DNA of 64,000 nt from a bacterium (GTDB lineage Bacteria > Bacillota_I > Bacilli_A > RF39 > UBA660), in NCBI GenBank assembly GCA_030531905.1, contig JAUNMG010000001.1:56569-120568 (forward strand), read 5' to 3'. A program made the position numbers and the translations under genes. Positions 20,599 through 30,263 of this stretch are shown piece after piece. A model generated the notes under the pieces. That model did no database searches. It was given only the letters and a program-made list of their open reading frames with translations, and was not told the origin of the DNA. How positions within the stretch are numbered: position 1 is the first letter of the stretch; each line of letters begins with the position of its first letter.

Positions 20599-21126
20599 AT
20601 GGAAATTATTATCCGTGGTGATAAAATTAAAGTAACGGATGCGATGAAAGACTATATAGAAGAAAAAATCGGAAAACTTAGTAAGTATATTGAAGATGAT
20701 AGTTCTGTTCGTGCAACTGTTGTTGTTAAGGTTAAAAACCACTCTCAAATATTAGAGGTAACTATACCACTAAAATCATTTATTTTAAGATCTGAAGAAG
20801 TACAAGATGATTTTTATGCAGCAGTTGATAAAGCTGTTGATAAACTAGAAAGACAAATCAGAAAAAATAAAACTAGACTTATGTCTAAGCAAGTTAAAGG
20901 GTTTGATTTTTCTTTTGAAAGTTTTGAACCACTTGAAGAAGATGAAACTTCAGATATAATTAAAAGAAAAAAAGTAGAAGTAAAACCTATGAATGAAGAA
21001 GAAGCAATTATTCAAATGGAACTTTTAAACCATCAATTTTATATGTACAAAGATAGTGAAACAAATAAAATTGCAGTTGTTTATAAAAGAAAAGATTCTG
21101 GGTATGGAATAATTGAATCTGAATAA
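20599..21126 (+). CDS. hpf: ribosome hibernation-promoting factor (long HPF/YvyD)
   Basis: MEIIIRGDKIKVTDAMKDYIEEK N-terminal domain and C-terminal dimerisation domain. AGGAGG RBS. The ORF-track start at 20512 is too far upstream. Confidence 0.88.
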   Translation: MEIIIRGDKIKVTDAMKDYIEEKIGKLSKYIEDDSSVRATVVVKVKNHSQILEVTIPLKSFILRSEEVQDDFYAAVDKAVDKLERQIRKNKTRLMSKQVKGFDFSFESFEPLEEDETSDIIKRKKVEVKPMNEEEAIIQMELLNHQFYMYKDSETNKIAVVYKRKDSGYGIIESE

Positions 21127-21142
21127 AAAATATAATATAATT

Positions 21143-21186
21143 GAAAGAATTTTTAGTAATATGCTTTAATTCTTTCTTTTTTTTTG
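21143..21186 (+). terminator. rho-independent terminator of hpf
   Basis: GAAAGAATT...AATTCTTTC perfect stem followed by T9. Confidence 0.65.
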
Positions 21187-21213
21187 TTAAAATAATTAAT
21201 TAAGGGAGATGAT

Positions 21214-23709
21214 ATGGTGAATATTTTAAGAAGAATGTTTGATCATGAATATAAAGAATTAAAAAGATTTACAAAGTTGGCTGATCAAGTAATGGAATTA
21301 GATGAAGAAATGTCTAATTTAACTGATACAGAATTACAAAATAAAACAAGTGAATTTAAAGAAAGATTAAAAGCTGGAGAAACTCTAGATGATATTTTAG
21401 TTGAAGCTTTTGCTGTTGCTAGAGAAGCAGCATACAGAGTTATTGGAGAAAAACATTTCTATGTTCAAATTCTAGGAGCTTTAGCTATTCATTATGGTAA
21501 TATAGCAGAAATGAAAACAGGTGAAGGAAAAACTTTGACATCAGTTCTTCCAGCATATTTAAATGCTTTAGAAGGAAAAGGCGTTCATATTATTACTGTT
21601 AATGAGTATCTAGCAGGACGTGATGCTGAATGGATGGGTGGAATCCACAGATTCTTAGGATTAACTGTTGGAGTTAATACTAGAGATTTATCACCTAAAG
21701 AAAAACAAGAAGCTTATAATTGTGATATTACATATTCAACAAATAATGAGATTGGATTTGATTATCTTCGTGATAATATGGTTGTTCGAAAAGAAGATAG
21801 AGTTCAAAGACCACTTAATTTTGCAATTATCGATGAAGTTGACTCAGTATTAATTGATGAGGCAAGAACTCCTCTTATTATTTCAGGTGGAGAAATGTCT
21901 AGTGCAAATCTTTATATTTCTGCAGATAAATTTGCTAAAAGCTTAAAAGCAGAAAAAGAATATATTTATGATGAAAAGACAAAGGCTGTTACATTAACAG
22001 ATGAAGGAACAGAAAAAGCTGAAAAAACATTTAAGATTTCTAATCTATATGAAGTAGAAAATGCTACTTTAGTTCACTATATAAATCAAGCATTACGTGC
22101 TAACTATGCTATGAAAAATGACGTTGATTATGTTGTACAAGATGGTGAAATAGTAATAGTTGATCAATTTACTGGACGTTTAATGAAAGGTAGAGCTTAT
22201 TCTGATGGCTTACATCAAGCAATTGAAGCAAAAGAGGGAGTTAATATTAATCAAGAAACAAAAACTTTAGCGACAATTACTTTCCAAAATTTATTCAGAA
22301 TGTATAAAAAACTATCAGGTATGACTGGTACTGCTAAAACAGAAGAAGAAGAATTTAGAAACATTTATAACATGTATGTTATTGAAATACCTACTAATAG
22401 GCCTGTAATAAGAGATGATGAACCAGATTTAGTTTATGCAACACGTGAAGCTAAATATAAAGCAATTATAGAATTTGTTAAGGAACGTTATGAAAAAGGT
22501 CAACCTGTTTTAATAGGTACTATTGCTATTGAAACAAGTGAATTAATTAGTAGTTTGTTAAAACAAGCTCATATTCCACATGAAGTATTAAATGCTAAGA
22601 ATCATGCACGCGAGGCTGAAATAATTTCTAAAATAGGTCAACATAAATCAGTAACAATCGCAACTAATATGGCAGGACGTGGAACTGATATCAAATTGTC
22701 AGAAGAAATTAAACAATTAGGTGGTTTATGTGTTGTTGGTACAGAACGTCATGAATCACGTCGTATTGATAATCAGTTAAGAGGACGTTCTGGTCGTCAA
22801 GGGGATCCAGGTTATACACAATTCTTTGTTTCAATGAAGGATGACTTAATGGTCAGATTTGGTTCAGATAGAATTGGTACTATGATGGAAAGTATGGGCT
22901 TAGGAGATCAAGCAATAAAGAGTAAAACATTTACTAAATCCATAACTACAGCTCAAAAAAGAGTAGAAGGAAATAACTTTGATATTCGTAAACAATTACT
23001 TCAATATGATGATGTAATGAATAATCAAAGAGAAATTATGTATGATAAAAGAAATGAAATACTTGATTCTGAATCTATTCATGAGACAGTTTTAACAACA
23101 TTTAGAAATCACATTTCAGATTTAGTAAAATCTCATATTGCACCAGAAGGTTATTTAACAGAACAAGACTTAGATGATATTGTTGACTTTAGTAATGAGA
23201 ATTTATTAAAGAAGGACATGAAAAAGTCTCAAATAATAAACATGGAAGTTGAAGATGTAATAGATAAGATATCAAAATTAGTAATCAAAGAATATGAAGA
23301 AAAATTAAAAGATATCCCAGCTGAAGTGACAGACGAATTTGAAAAAGCAATATCTTTACAAGTTATAGATCATTATTGGATGGAACATATTAATACAATG
23401 TCTCATTTAAGAGAAGGTATCTACTTAAGAGGATATGCTCAAGAAGATCCATTACGTGCTTATACCATGGAAGGATTTGATTTGTTTGATGACATGGTTC
23501 AAAAAATAGATAAAGATATATCAACTTTCTTATTACGTGCAGAAGTAAAACAAAATATAGAAAGAAAAGAAGTCTCAAAGAAAAAAATAACAAATGAGAG
23601 TGAATCTGAGGCTCCTAAGAAAAAGCCAAAAAGAGTAAGTAAAATTGGTAGAAATGATCCTTGCCCTTGCGGCAGTGGACGCAAGTATAAACAGTGCTGT
23701 GGTAAATAA
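21214..23709 (+). CDS. secA: preprotein translocase ATPase SecA
   Basis: 831 aa. DEAD-like motor motifs. C-terminal zinc finger CPCGSGRKYKQCCG. Confidence 0.95.
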   Translation: MVNILRRMFDHEYKELKRFTKLADQVMELDEEMSNLTDTELQNKTSEFKERLKAGETLDDILVEAFAVAREAAYRVIGEKHFYVQILGALAIHYGNIAEMKTGEGKTLTSVLPAYLNALEGKGVHIITVNEYLAGRDAEWMGGIHRFLGLTVGVNTRDLSPKEKQEAYNCDITYSTNNEIGFDYLRDNMVVRKEDRVQRPLNFAIIDEVDSVLIDEARTPLIISGGEMSSANLYISADKFAKSLKAEKEYIYDEKTKAVTLTDEGTEKAEKTFKISNLYEVENATLVHYINQALRANYAMKNDVDYVVQDGEIVIVDQFTGRLMKGRAYSDGLHQAIEAKEGVNINQETKTLATITFQNLFRMYKKLSGMTGTAKTEEEEFRNIYNMYVIEIPTNRPVIRDDEPDLVYATREAKYKAIIEFVKERYEKGQPVLIGTIAIETSELISSLLKQAHIPHEVLNAKNHAREAEIISKIGQHKSVTIATNMAGRGTDIKLSEEIKQLGGLCVVGTERHESRRIDNQLRGRSGRQGDPGYTQFFVSMKDDLMVRFGSDRIGTMMESMGLGDQAIKSKTFTKSITTAQKRVEGNNFDIRKQLLQYDDVMNNQREIMYDKRNEILDSESIHETVLTTFRNHISDLVKSHIAPEGYLTEQDLDDIVDFSNENLLKKDMKKSQIINMEVEDVIDKISKLVIKEYEEKLKDIPAEVTDEFEKAISLQVIDHYWMEHINTMSHLREGIYLRGYAQEDPLRAYTMEGFDLFDDMVQKIDKDISTFLLRAEVKQNIERKEVSKKKITNESESEAPKKKPKRVSKIGRNDPCPCGSGRKYKQCCGK

Positions 23710-23710
23710 G

Positions 23711-23755
23711 CTCGCAAACCCGCATGAAATAAGGGATTGCGAGTTTTTCTTTTTA
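23711..23755 (+). terminator. rho-independent terminator of secA
   Basis: CTCGCAA...TTGCGAG stem followed by a T-run. Confidence 0.7.
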
Positions 23756-23861
23756 TCAAAAATAGCCCAAAATAGGGGTTGAAGCCACTCTGGAGCCATT
23801 TTGATTTGGATATTGGGCTACATAAGTAAAAATTTATTATGGTTTCATGGTATAATTATGT

Positions 23862-24158
23862 ATGAAAGTTGGTGATATGATGAGCAAAATAGATTTAATT
23901 GAATTCACTGATGAAAAAGATAATTATGAATTAATGTATAAATGGTGTGGTCAAGAATTTATTTATGAGTGGTTTGAACAAAGAAAACTTTCCTATGAGG
24001 AGATAGAAAACAAATATAAGAATAAATTATTAGCAAATCAGCAACAGTTATTTTTTATAAATTATAATGATAATAAAATAGGATTTGTTCAAATATATAA
24101 ATATGATGATAAGAAAAGCAAAGCATTTATAAAATATGATAGTATATATCAATACTGA
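23862..24158 (+). pseudogene. truncated AAC(6')-Ie-like GNAT aminoglycoside acetyltransferase (N-terminal about 98 aa only)
   Basis: The translation LMYKWCGQEF...KIGFVQIYKY aligns with the N-terminal half of the AAC(6')-Ie family. The ORF stops mid-domain and downstream frames do not continue the fold. Confidence 0.5.
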
Positions 24159-24372
24159 CAGATACAAAAGATAACAATGTATGCTTTATAAAAACAAGTA
24201 ATGTTATTGTTACTGAATTAAAAAATATTACATGGGATTTAGCAAAATTAGAGGGTGAGAATAAATCGTTAAACGAATGGAAAGAAAGTCATATAAATTA
24301 TTTTAAAAAATTAGATTCTAATTTTAATGAAAACACAAGAGTTATATTTGAAGTATTTGAGGTGATTAAAAA

Positions 24373-24855
24373 ATGCAAATAATAGAATATCAAGATAAAT
24401 ATCTAGAAGATGTTAAAGAATTATTAGTTGAACTTGAGAAATATATTGTATCAATAGATAGAGATCATTTGGATCAAGTTCATCCTGAATATCGAGAAAA
24501 AATGGCAATTATAGATTTGGAAGAAGTTAATAAGAACAATGGTAAATGTTATTTAGCAGTAGAAAATAATAAGGCAATTGGTTTAATTATGGGTTGCATA
24601 TTTCCTTATGATGAATATGATTATCTGGATTATAAATGTCCTAAAAGGGGAGAAATTACAGAATTAATAGTTACAAATAAAATTAGAAGTAAAGGTATAG
24701 GACAACAACTAATAAATAAAATGGAAGAATATTTTAAATCCGTTGGATGTGAATATGTAATAGTTGATGTTTTTGCCTATAATGAAATAGGTAAGAGTTT
24801 TTATAATGAGAAAAACTATCATACAAGAATGGAAACGATGATAAAGAAAATATAG
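24373..24855 (+). CDS. GNAT-family N-acetyltransferase
   Basis: 160 aa with GNAT motif A (RSKGIGQQLI). Confidence 0.75.
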   Translation: MQIIEYQDKYLEDVKELLVELEKYIVSIDRDHLDQVHPEYREKMAIIDLEEVNKNNGKCYLAVENNKAIGLIMGCIFPYDEYDYLDYKCPKRGEITELIVTNKIRSKGIGQQLINKMEEYFKSVGCEYVIVDVFAYNEIGKSFYNEKNYHTRMETMIKKI

Positions 24856-24871
24856 ATTTTGGGTGGTATAA

Positions 24872-25087
24872 ATGATTTCAATAAAAGAGAATGTTAATAG
24901 TGTTGAAGAATTCAATTATTTATATGATGCTGTTGGATGGGGAAGCTATGACAAAAAAGTATCAGAAAAAGCAAAAGATGAATATAAGAAATATCAAGTA
25001 AAAACAATAAGTCCGGAGGAAAAAGAGTATTTAGAAACTTTAAAAGCAATAAGTAATAAAATTGATGATAAAGCAAAGAGTGAATAG
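24872..25087 (+). CDS. small ORF, possible GNAT N-terminal remnant
   Basis: 71 aa. The EFNYLYDAVGWG motif resembles the start of GNAT domains. It overlaps the integrase fragment ORF, so its status is uncertain. Confidence 0.25.
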   Translation: MISIKENVNSVEEFNYLYDAVGWGSYDKKVSEKAKDEYKKYQVKTISPEEKEYLETLKAISNKIDDKAKSE

Positions 25088-25148
25088 AGTGTATCATGTA
25101 GATATACTCTATTTTTATATGTATATCAAAGATAAGGAGAGTGATAAA

Positions 25149-25409
25149 ATGATTAGCATAAGAAAAAGAGGCAAAGTATATCAATATTGTTTTGAAGCAG
25201 GAAAGGTAAATGGAAAAAGAAAACAAATAACTAAATCAGGTTTTAAAACTAAAAATGAGGCATATATAGCAGGACAAAAAGCATATGAAGAATTTATAAA
25301 TGGAATAACTAATGTAGAGTGTAATATGCTATATGAAGATTATTTAGATTATTGGATTAAAGAATATTTTAAAAATATAAAAAAACAATATAGATCACAT
25401 CTATACTAA
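25149..25409 (+). pseudogene. tyrosine-recombinase (phage/ICE integrase) N-terminal arm-binding fragment
   Basis: MISIRKRGKVYQYCFEAGKVNGKRKQITKSGFKTKNEA matches the AP2-like integrase N-terminal domain. The ORF ends after about 87 aa, before any catalytic domain. Confidence 0.6.
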
Positions 25410-25571
25410 AGAAGAAATAGAAATAATCCTAAATAGATTTAAGAATAATAACCTTTTTTAGTATAAATATCTTATTATATATTAATTATACATTTAAAAA
25501 ATATTTTCATAAATTAACATAGAAGAATTGAAATATGAGAATTAATTCTAAAAATTAGAGGAGGATGTATA

Positions 25572-26714
25572 ATGAATAATTGTAATGATTGGGAACAAAT
25601 AAGAAAAAAACAAGAAGAATATAGAAAAAAATGTAAGTTTTATTATGTAAAAGGTCCAACGGGACCAAAAGGTGAAAAAGGAGATGTTGGTTCACAAGGA
25701 GAAAAGGGAGATAGAGGTATTCCTGGACCTGCAAGTATTGATGTCGGAATTACAGAAACTGTAGAATCTTCTGAAGATGCTAAAGTAGAAAATGTTGGAA
25801 CAAAAGAGGATGTTATTTTGAATTTCAAAATACCAAGGGGAGAACAAGGAATCGATGGTAAAATTGGTCCACAAGGTATTCCTGGTCCTAAAGGTGAAAA
25901 AGGTGATATTGGTCCACAAGGAATAAAAGGTGAAAAAGGAGATCAAGGACCATCAACTATTCAAATTGGAAATATTGAAACAATAGAATCTAATGAAGAA
26001 GCAGAAGTTATAAATGTTGGTACACCAGTAGATGTAGTTTTAGATTTTAAAATACCAAAAGGAGAAAAAGGCGACCAAGGAGATATTGGACCAAGGGGAT
26101 TACCAGGAGAAATAGGAAGGACAGAACACATTGCTATAGATGAAACTGAAACTTTAGAACCAGGGGAGCCTGCTCAAGTCATGGATACATTTGAAAATTG
26201 GGTACATCATTTAGCGTTTTTAATTCCAAAAGGAGAAAAAGGCGACGTTGGAGAAAGAGGACAACAAGGACCTGCAGGTCCTCCAGGAACAGAGTTTGTA
26301 TCTGCTTATGGGATTAGATATTCAATGGTTACTACACAACTAACATTATCGCAAGGGACTGATACAATAATACCACTACCTGAAAAAGGGACAGCTTTTC
26401 TTACAGATTATCCAGATGGTAATTCAATAAAAATAAAAGAAACTGGAACATACCTAGTATCATATTCATTATGTGGTGCAACAAATGAAGATTGTTCATT
26501 AACTATGTCTGTAAGAGCAAATGATATACTACAACCAGCTACGAATGCAACTAGTGAGTTTCAAGCACAAATAATTAACTGCATAAGTGGTTCAACTATT
26601 GTAGCTCTTAGTAAAGATGATCTTGTTACATTAAATGTAAAGGCATCTATGGCAGTTAGTCTAATATTTAATGGAAGTACTAATGCAGTTCTAAGCGTAA
26701 CTAAAATACATTAA
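25572..26714 (+). CDS. collagen-like triple-helix repeat protein with BclA-like C1q/TNF-type C-terminal domain
   Basis: Four G-x-y tracts (GPTGPKGEKGD...) interrupted by three repeats of a roughly 40-aa non-collagen module. The C-terminal ~150 aa has a BclA-CTD-like pattern (ETGTYLVSYSL). No signal peptide. Confidence 0.75.
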   Translation: MNNCNDWEQIRKKQEEYRKKCKFYYVKGPTGPKGEKGDVGSQGEKGDRGIPGPASIDVGITETVESSEDAKVENVGTKEDVILNFKIPRGEQGIDGKIGPQGIPGPKGEKGDIGPQGIKGEKGDQGPSTIQIGNIETIESNEEAEVINVGTPVDVVLDFKIPKGEKGDQGDIGPRGLPGEIGRTEHIAIDETETLEPGEPAQVMDTFENWVHHLAFLIPKGEKGDVGERGQQGPAGPPGTEFVSAYGIRYSMVTTQLTLSQGTDTIIPLPEKGTAFLTDYPDGNSIKIKETGTYLVSYSLCGATNEDCSLTMSVRANDILQPATNATSEFQAQIINCISGSTIVALSKDDLVTLNVKASMAVSLIFNGSTNAVLSVTKIH

Positions 26715-26803
26715 AGGAGTGGAAATCTCACTCTTTTTTTGTTATGAATTAATTATTTCAAAATTGATTGAAGCCATAAGATATAACAAAGGAAAGTGAT
26801 AAT

Positions 26804-28660
26804 ATGCAAATAATAAATGATAATACTATTGTAATAAATAATAGTGAGGAATTAAAACAAGTATTGAGCGAAGAAAATAATTATAGTTATATTTATTTAG
26901 GAAATGACATTACAATGACAAGTGGTTTTGTTATAAATAATAATAAAAGTAAAGTTATTGTTGATGGAACTTACAACAATACTAAGCATACTTATACAAA
27001 TAACTTGAGTTCAGAAGAAAATGTTATAAAGGTAAGTACAACTAATAAAAAAATTATATTAAAAAATATGAATATAATATCTTCACAGGGTTATGGAGTT
27101 ATTTATGTTCCTTCTCATCCAAATTATTCTAATGTAGTAGTAGAATATAATAATATAAATTTTAGTGGAATAGAACTATCATGTAATTATTATGGAACAA
27201 CTAAAATCGTTGATTCTCTTATAGAGGCAAAAGACACCAACAGTGTTTCTACTCAAAGGGTATGTGATTCCAATAGAATTATAATTGGAGGAAATACTAC
27301 AATTACAAGTAGTTCTACTAAAAATACAGTTTTCTTTTTTAATGATGTTATACCATCTTATATTAAAATAGTTCCTAATAGTAATGTAAATATTACAACA
27401 GATAAAGAACTTATGAATGGAACTAACAGACTAGATTTAATAGTAGGACATGGATCAGAATTTCTTTTAACGACAGGAAATGGTTTTGCAATAACAACAA
27501 CACATGGTGCTAGAAATGTTTTAATAGAAGAAATGGCTAAATTTACATTTATAGAAAAAAGTCACCAAAGAGTTCCTATGTGGAATGTATTTGGAGATTT
27601 TACGGTTAAAGAAGGAGCAAGTATATCAGTAATAAATACGTATATGAACACACCTTCTGATAATTATAATATTTATTTTAAGGGTACAAATCAAAAGTTT
27701 ATACTGGATAATCCAAAATATGTGAATATTTACACTAAAAATGCTAATGTAGTCTATACTAATAATCCAGTTGATTTTATATTTAATTTTAGTAGAATTA
27801 ATTTGTGGTTATATGCCCTTGATTATACTTCAGCTTGTAATATTGATGATACGCCAGCATTTTGTTGGTATAAAGAAGATACACCAGTTAAAATAACAGG
27901 TATCTTAAATAAAGATAGTACTACAGTTACATCACATAATTTTACAGATACTGAATTAGCTTCACTGCCTGATATAAATAATTTTACACTACAAAATATA
28001 AAAATATTAACTATTGGAATGCTTAAGATAAACGTTCATCCAATTATAGATTCTATAAATGCAATTTCAGGACATACTATACCTTACGCAAATGTCAAAA
28101 TAGAATACAATAATAAAAGTTTAACAGCAACAGCAGATGAAAATGGCCTTTTCGAAGTAAATATCGATTCTATTATTACAGATGATACAAGAATTAAAAT
28201 TATTTCTTGTTTAAACGGCTGCTTTAGTGAAAGAAAAGTAACTACTCCATTTATGGGAGAGTTAACTCTTTTAAAAGTAACAGAAAATATTCCGTTTAGT
28301 ATGATTCCATCTTCTACTAATCCAACTATTTTATCTAAAAAAAATGAAACAGTGGTAACTGTTGTTGATAGTAGAATAAATAGTACTAATTGGAGATTGT
28401 ATATAAATTTTATAAATCCAATGATAGAAGCAACTGGTAAAGTTTTAATAGATTCACTATTTTTTAAGAAATTTGATAATGAGAAAATTATTTTGAAGAC
28501 ACAAAAAAAGTTAATATATGAATCAAATGATAATGGTGGAAGTGTAAATATTAGTAATATTACATTTTCTACTGATAAAGGATTGTTTTTAAAACCTAGT
28601 AAGAATTTATTGGAAGATGAAGATTATTCCACATTAATAGTTTGGAGTATTGAGGCATAA
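26804..28660 (+). CDS. large right-handed beta-helix (pectate-lyase-fold-like) protein with C-terminal Ig-like domain; paralog of 41393..43267
   Basis: The N-terminus MQIINDNTIVINNSEELKQVL...GNDITMTSG is typical of parallel beta-helix proteins. An Ig-like block (ISGHTIPYANVKIEY...TADENGLFEV) lies near the C-terminus. About 45% identity to the minus-strand paralog. Confidence 0.55.
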   Translation: MQIINDNTIVINNSEELKQVLSEENNYSYIYLGNDITMTSGFVINNNKSKVIVDGTYNNTKHTYTNNLSSEENVIKVSTTNKKIILKNMNIISSQGYGVIYVPSHPNYSNVVVEYNNINFSGIELSCNYYGTTKIVDSLIEAKDTNSVSTQRVCDSNRIIIGGNTTITSSSTKNTVFFFNDVIPSYIKIVPNSNVNITTDKELMNGTNRLDLIVGHGSEFLLTTGNGFAITTTHGARNVLIEEMAKFTFIEKSHQRVPMWNVFGDFTVKEGASISVINTYMNTPSDNYNIYFKGTNQKFILDNPKYVNIYTKNANVVYTNNPVDFIFNFSRINLWLYALDYTSACNIDDTPAFCWYKEDTPVKITGILNKDSTTVTSHNFTDTELASLPDINNFTLQNIKILTIGMLKINVHPIIDSINAISGHTIPYANVKIEYNNKSLTATADENGLFEVNIDSIITDDTRIKIISCLNGCFSERKVTTPFMGELTLLKVTENIPFSMIPSSTNPTILSKKNETVVTVVDSRINSTNWRLYINFINPMIEATGKVLIDSLFFKKFDNEKIILKTQKKLIYESNDNGGSVNISNITFSTDKGLFLKPSKNLLEDEDYSTLIVWSIEA

Positions 28661-28714
28661 TGCCTTTACAAAAAAGAAATTTGATTCATACAATATATTG
28701 TAATGAGGTGAATT

Positions 28715-29065
28715 ATGACAAGTGATTATATTTATATTAAAATTTGTAGTAATGAAAACAGTAATTTAAGAGTAAAACTAAAAGATAAATGTAATAAGAG
28801 CGTTTTCGAAGGTATTACTGATAATTTTGGAAGAGTTAAGATACCAATATGTAATAATGAAGTATATAAATTAATTGTATATTCCAATTTATCAATTATG
28901 AAAATACCTTTAATTGCAAGAAAGAATAAGTTTTATTTTATAAACGTTGGAAATTATAAAAGAAAGGACCATCTTGTTACAGTTTTATTGACGGATAAAT
29001 ATTATCCAAATATAAAAATAGAAGGAGGAAAGATGATATTATGGCAAGACATACAATCCCAATAA
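28715..29065 (+). CDS. hypothetical protein
   Basis: 116-aa ORF downstream of the beta-helix gene. Overlaps the next ORF by 25 nt. Confidence 0.35.
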   Translation: MTSDYIYIKICSNENSNLRVKLKDKCNKSVFEGITDNFGRVKIPICNNEVYKLIVYSNLSIMKIPLIARKNKFYFINVGNYKRKDHLVTVLLTDKYYPNIKIEGGKMILWQDIQSQ

Positions 29066-29589
29066 CAAATGGTAAAGGAAGTATTGAACTTGTTACAGGT
29101 ACATACAACGCTCAAGCCGTAGCCGGTGGATATGATGCATCAACTCTTGATCCTAAAAGTGTTAATATTATTGATGGAACAACTACATATGCATTTACAA
29201 TAAGTGCAACAGGAACTTTAACACTTCATGTTACAGATACGGGAAATCCTGATACTGGAGTACAAATTATTGGTGCTAAGTTTATAAGAACAGATAGTAC
29301 AGGAACAATCGTTGGAAATGAAATAACAACAAATGATGATGGAAATGCTGTATTTAATAATGTCCCATTTGCAGAATCTGGAAGTACAGCAATATATTAT
29401 AAACAAATATCAAGTGATGGAGGTCATACGTTTGATGATACTGTTAAATCAATTGTTATGACTCAATCATCTGAAACAGTTCAAATAACAAATCCACCAG
29501 CACCAGTTAGAAACTTTACGTTAATGGATGCAAGTTTCCCTAATATACCTATTATAGATGGTCAAATAATACTTGAAGAAAATCAATAA
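29041..29589 (+). CDS. hypothetical Ig-like/CnaB-like fold surface protein
   Basis: 182 aa, Thr/Gly-rich beta-rich sequence (TTNDDGNAVFNNVPF...AIYY) reminiscent of prealbumin/CnaB-type domains. Confidence 0.4.
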   Translation: MARHTIPITNGKGSIELVTGTYNAQAVAGGYDASTLDPKSVNIIDGTTTYAFTISATGTLTLHVTDTGNPDTGVQIIGAKFIRTDSTGTIVGNEITTNDDGNAVFNNVPFAESGSTAIYYKQISSDGGHTFDDTVKSIVMTQSSETVQITNPPAPVRNFTLMDASFPNIPIIDGQIILEENQ

Positions 29590-29742
29590 AGAAGCAGATT
29601 AAAAAAACTGCTTCTTTTTATAATAATTATAAATAAAACTTGCTGAATAAAGTAAACGAATTATCTATTCTTTTATATATAGTTTGAATTATATTTATTG
29701 TATTCATTTAAGAATGATAACAATTACATAAGTAACATGATA

Positions 29743-30075
29743 TTACTTTTTTACCCTTTGAACTGGACTTTTTTTTGTTTTTTTATTAATATTAATTTTT
29801 GCTTGTTCGTAATATGAAGCAAAAGCTTTTGCTTGTTCAATTCTTTTTGTTTGTTTATTTCTTGAAATCATTATAGGATTATCGCTTTGTATCTGAATAA
29901 TTTCTTCAGTTATACACAATATTTTTTGTGATTGTTTTTTATTAGAAAACTTGTTAGTTGTATACTCAGGAGTATTAGTTAATATCATTGATACTAATTT
30001 TATTATAAGTTTTTTATCAAAGGTACATTCCATATTTTTTTTGCTATTGTTATATTCTGGTAATTCATGTGTCAT
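29743..30075 (-). CDS. hypothetical protein (basic C-terminus)
   Basis: 110-aa ORF with no recognised motifs. Confidence 0.35.
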   Translation of the reverse strand: MTHELPEYNNSKKNMECTFDKKLIIKLVSMILTNTPEYTTNKFSNKKQSQKILCITEEIIQIQSDNPIMISRNKQTKRIEQAKAFASYYEQAKININKKTKKSPVQRVKK

Positions 30076-30263
30076 AAAACCATTCCTTTCAAGTTTTAAA
30101 TTATAGCATACATTGAATATTATGTAAATTATTAAATTAATATTATTTGATAAGAATACTAATTTTTAGTCATCTTTTAAATAAAAAAACAAACCAAAAT
30201 GGTTCGAATGTTTTATTAATGATCTTCCAAAAATAACAATATTTATGCTGTTATTTTATATTT

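Noticed and set aside
25643-25946. Minus-strand ORFs inside the collagen-like gene
   Set aside because: They are created by the GGx-repeat DNA, where the antisense of G-x-y codons is stop-poor. They are not independent genes.
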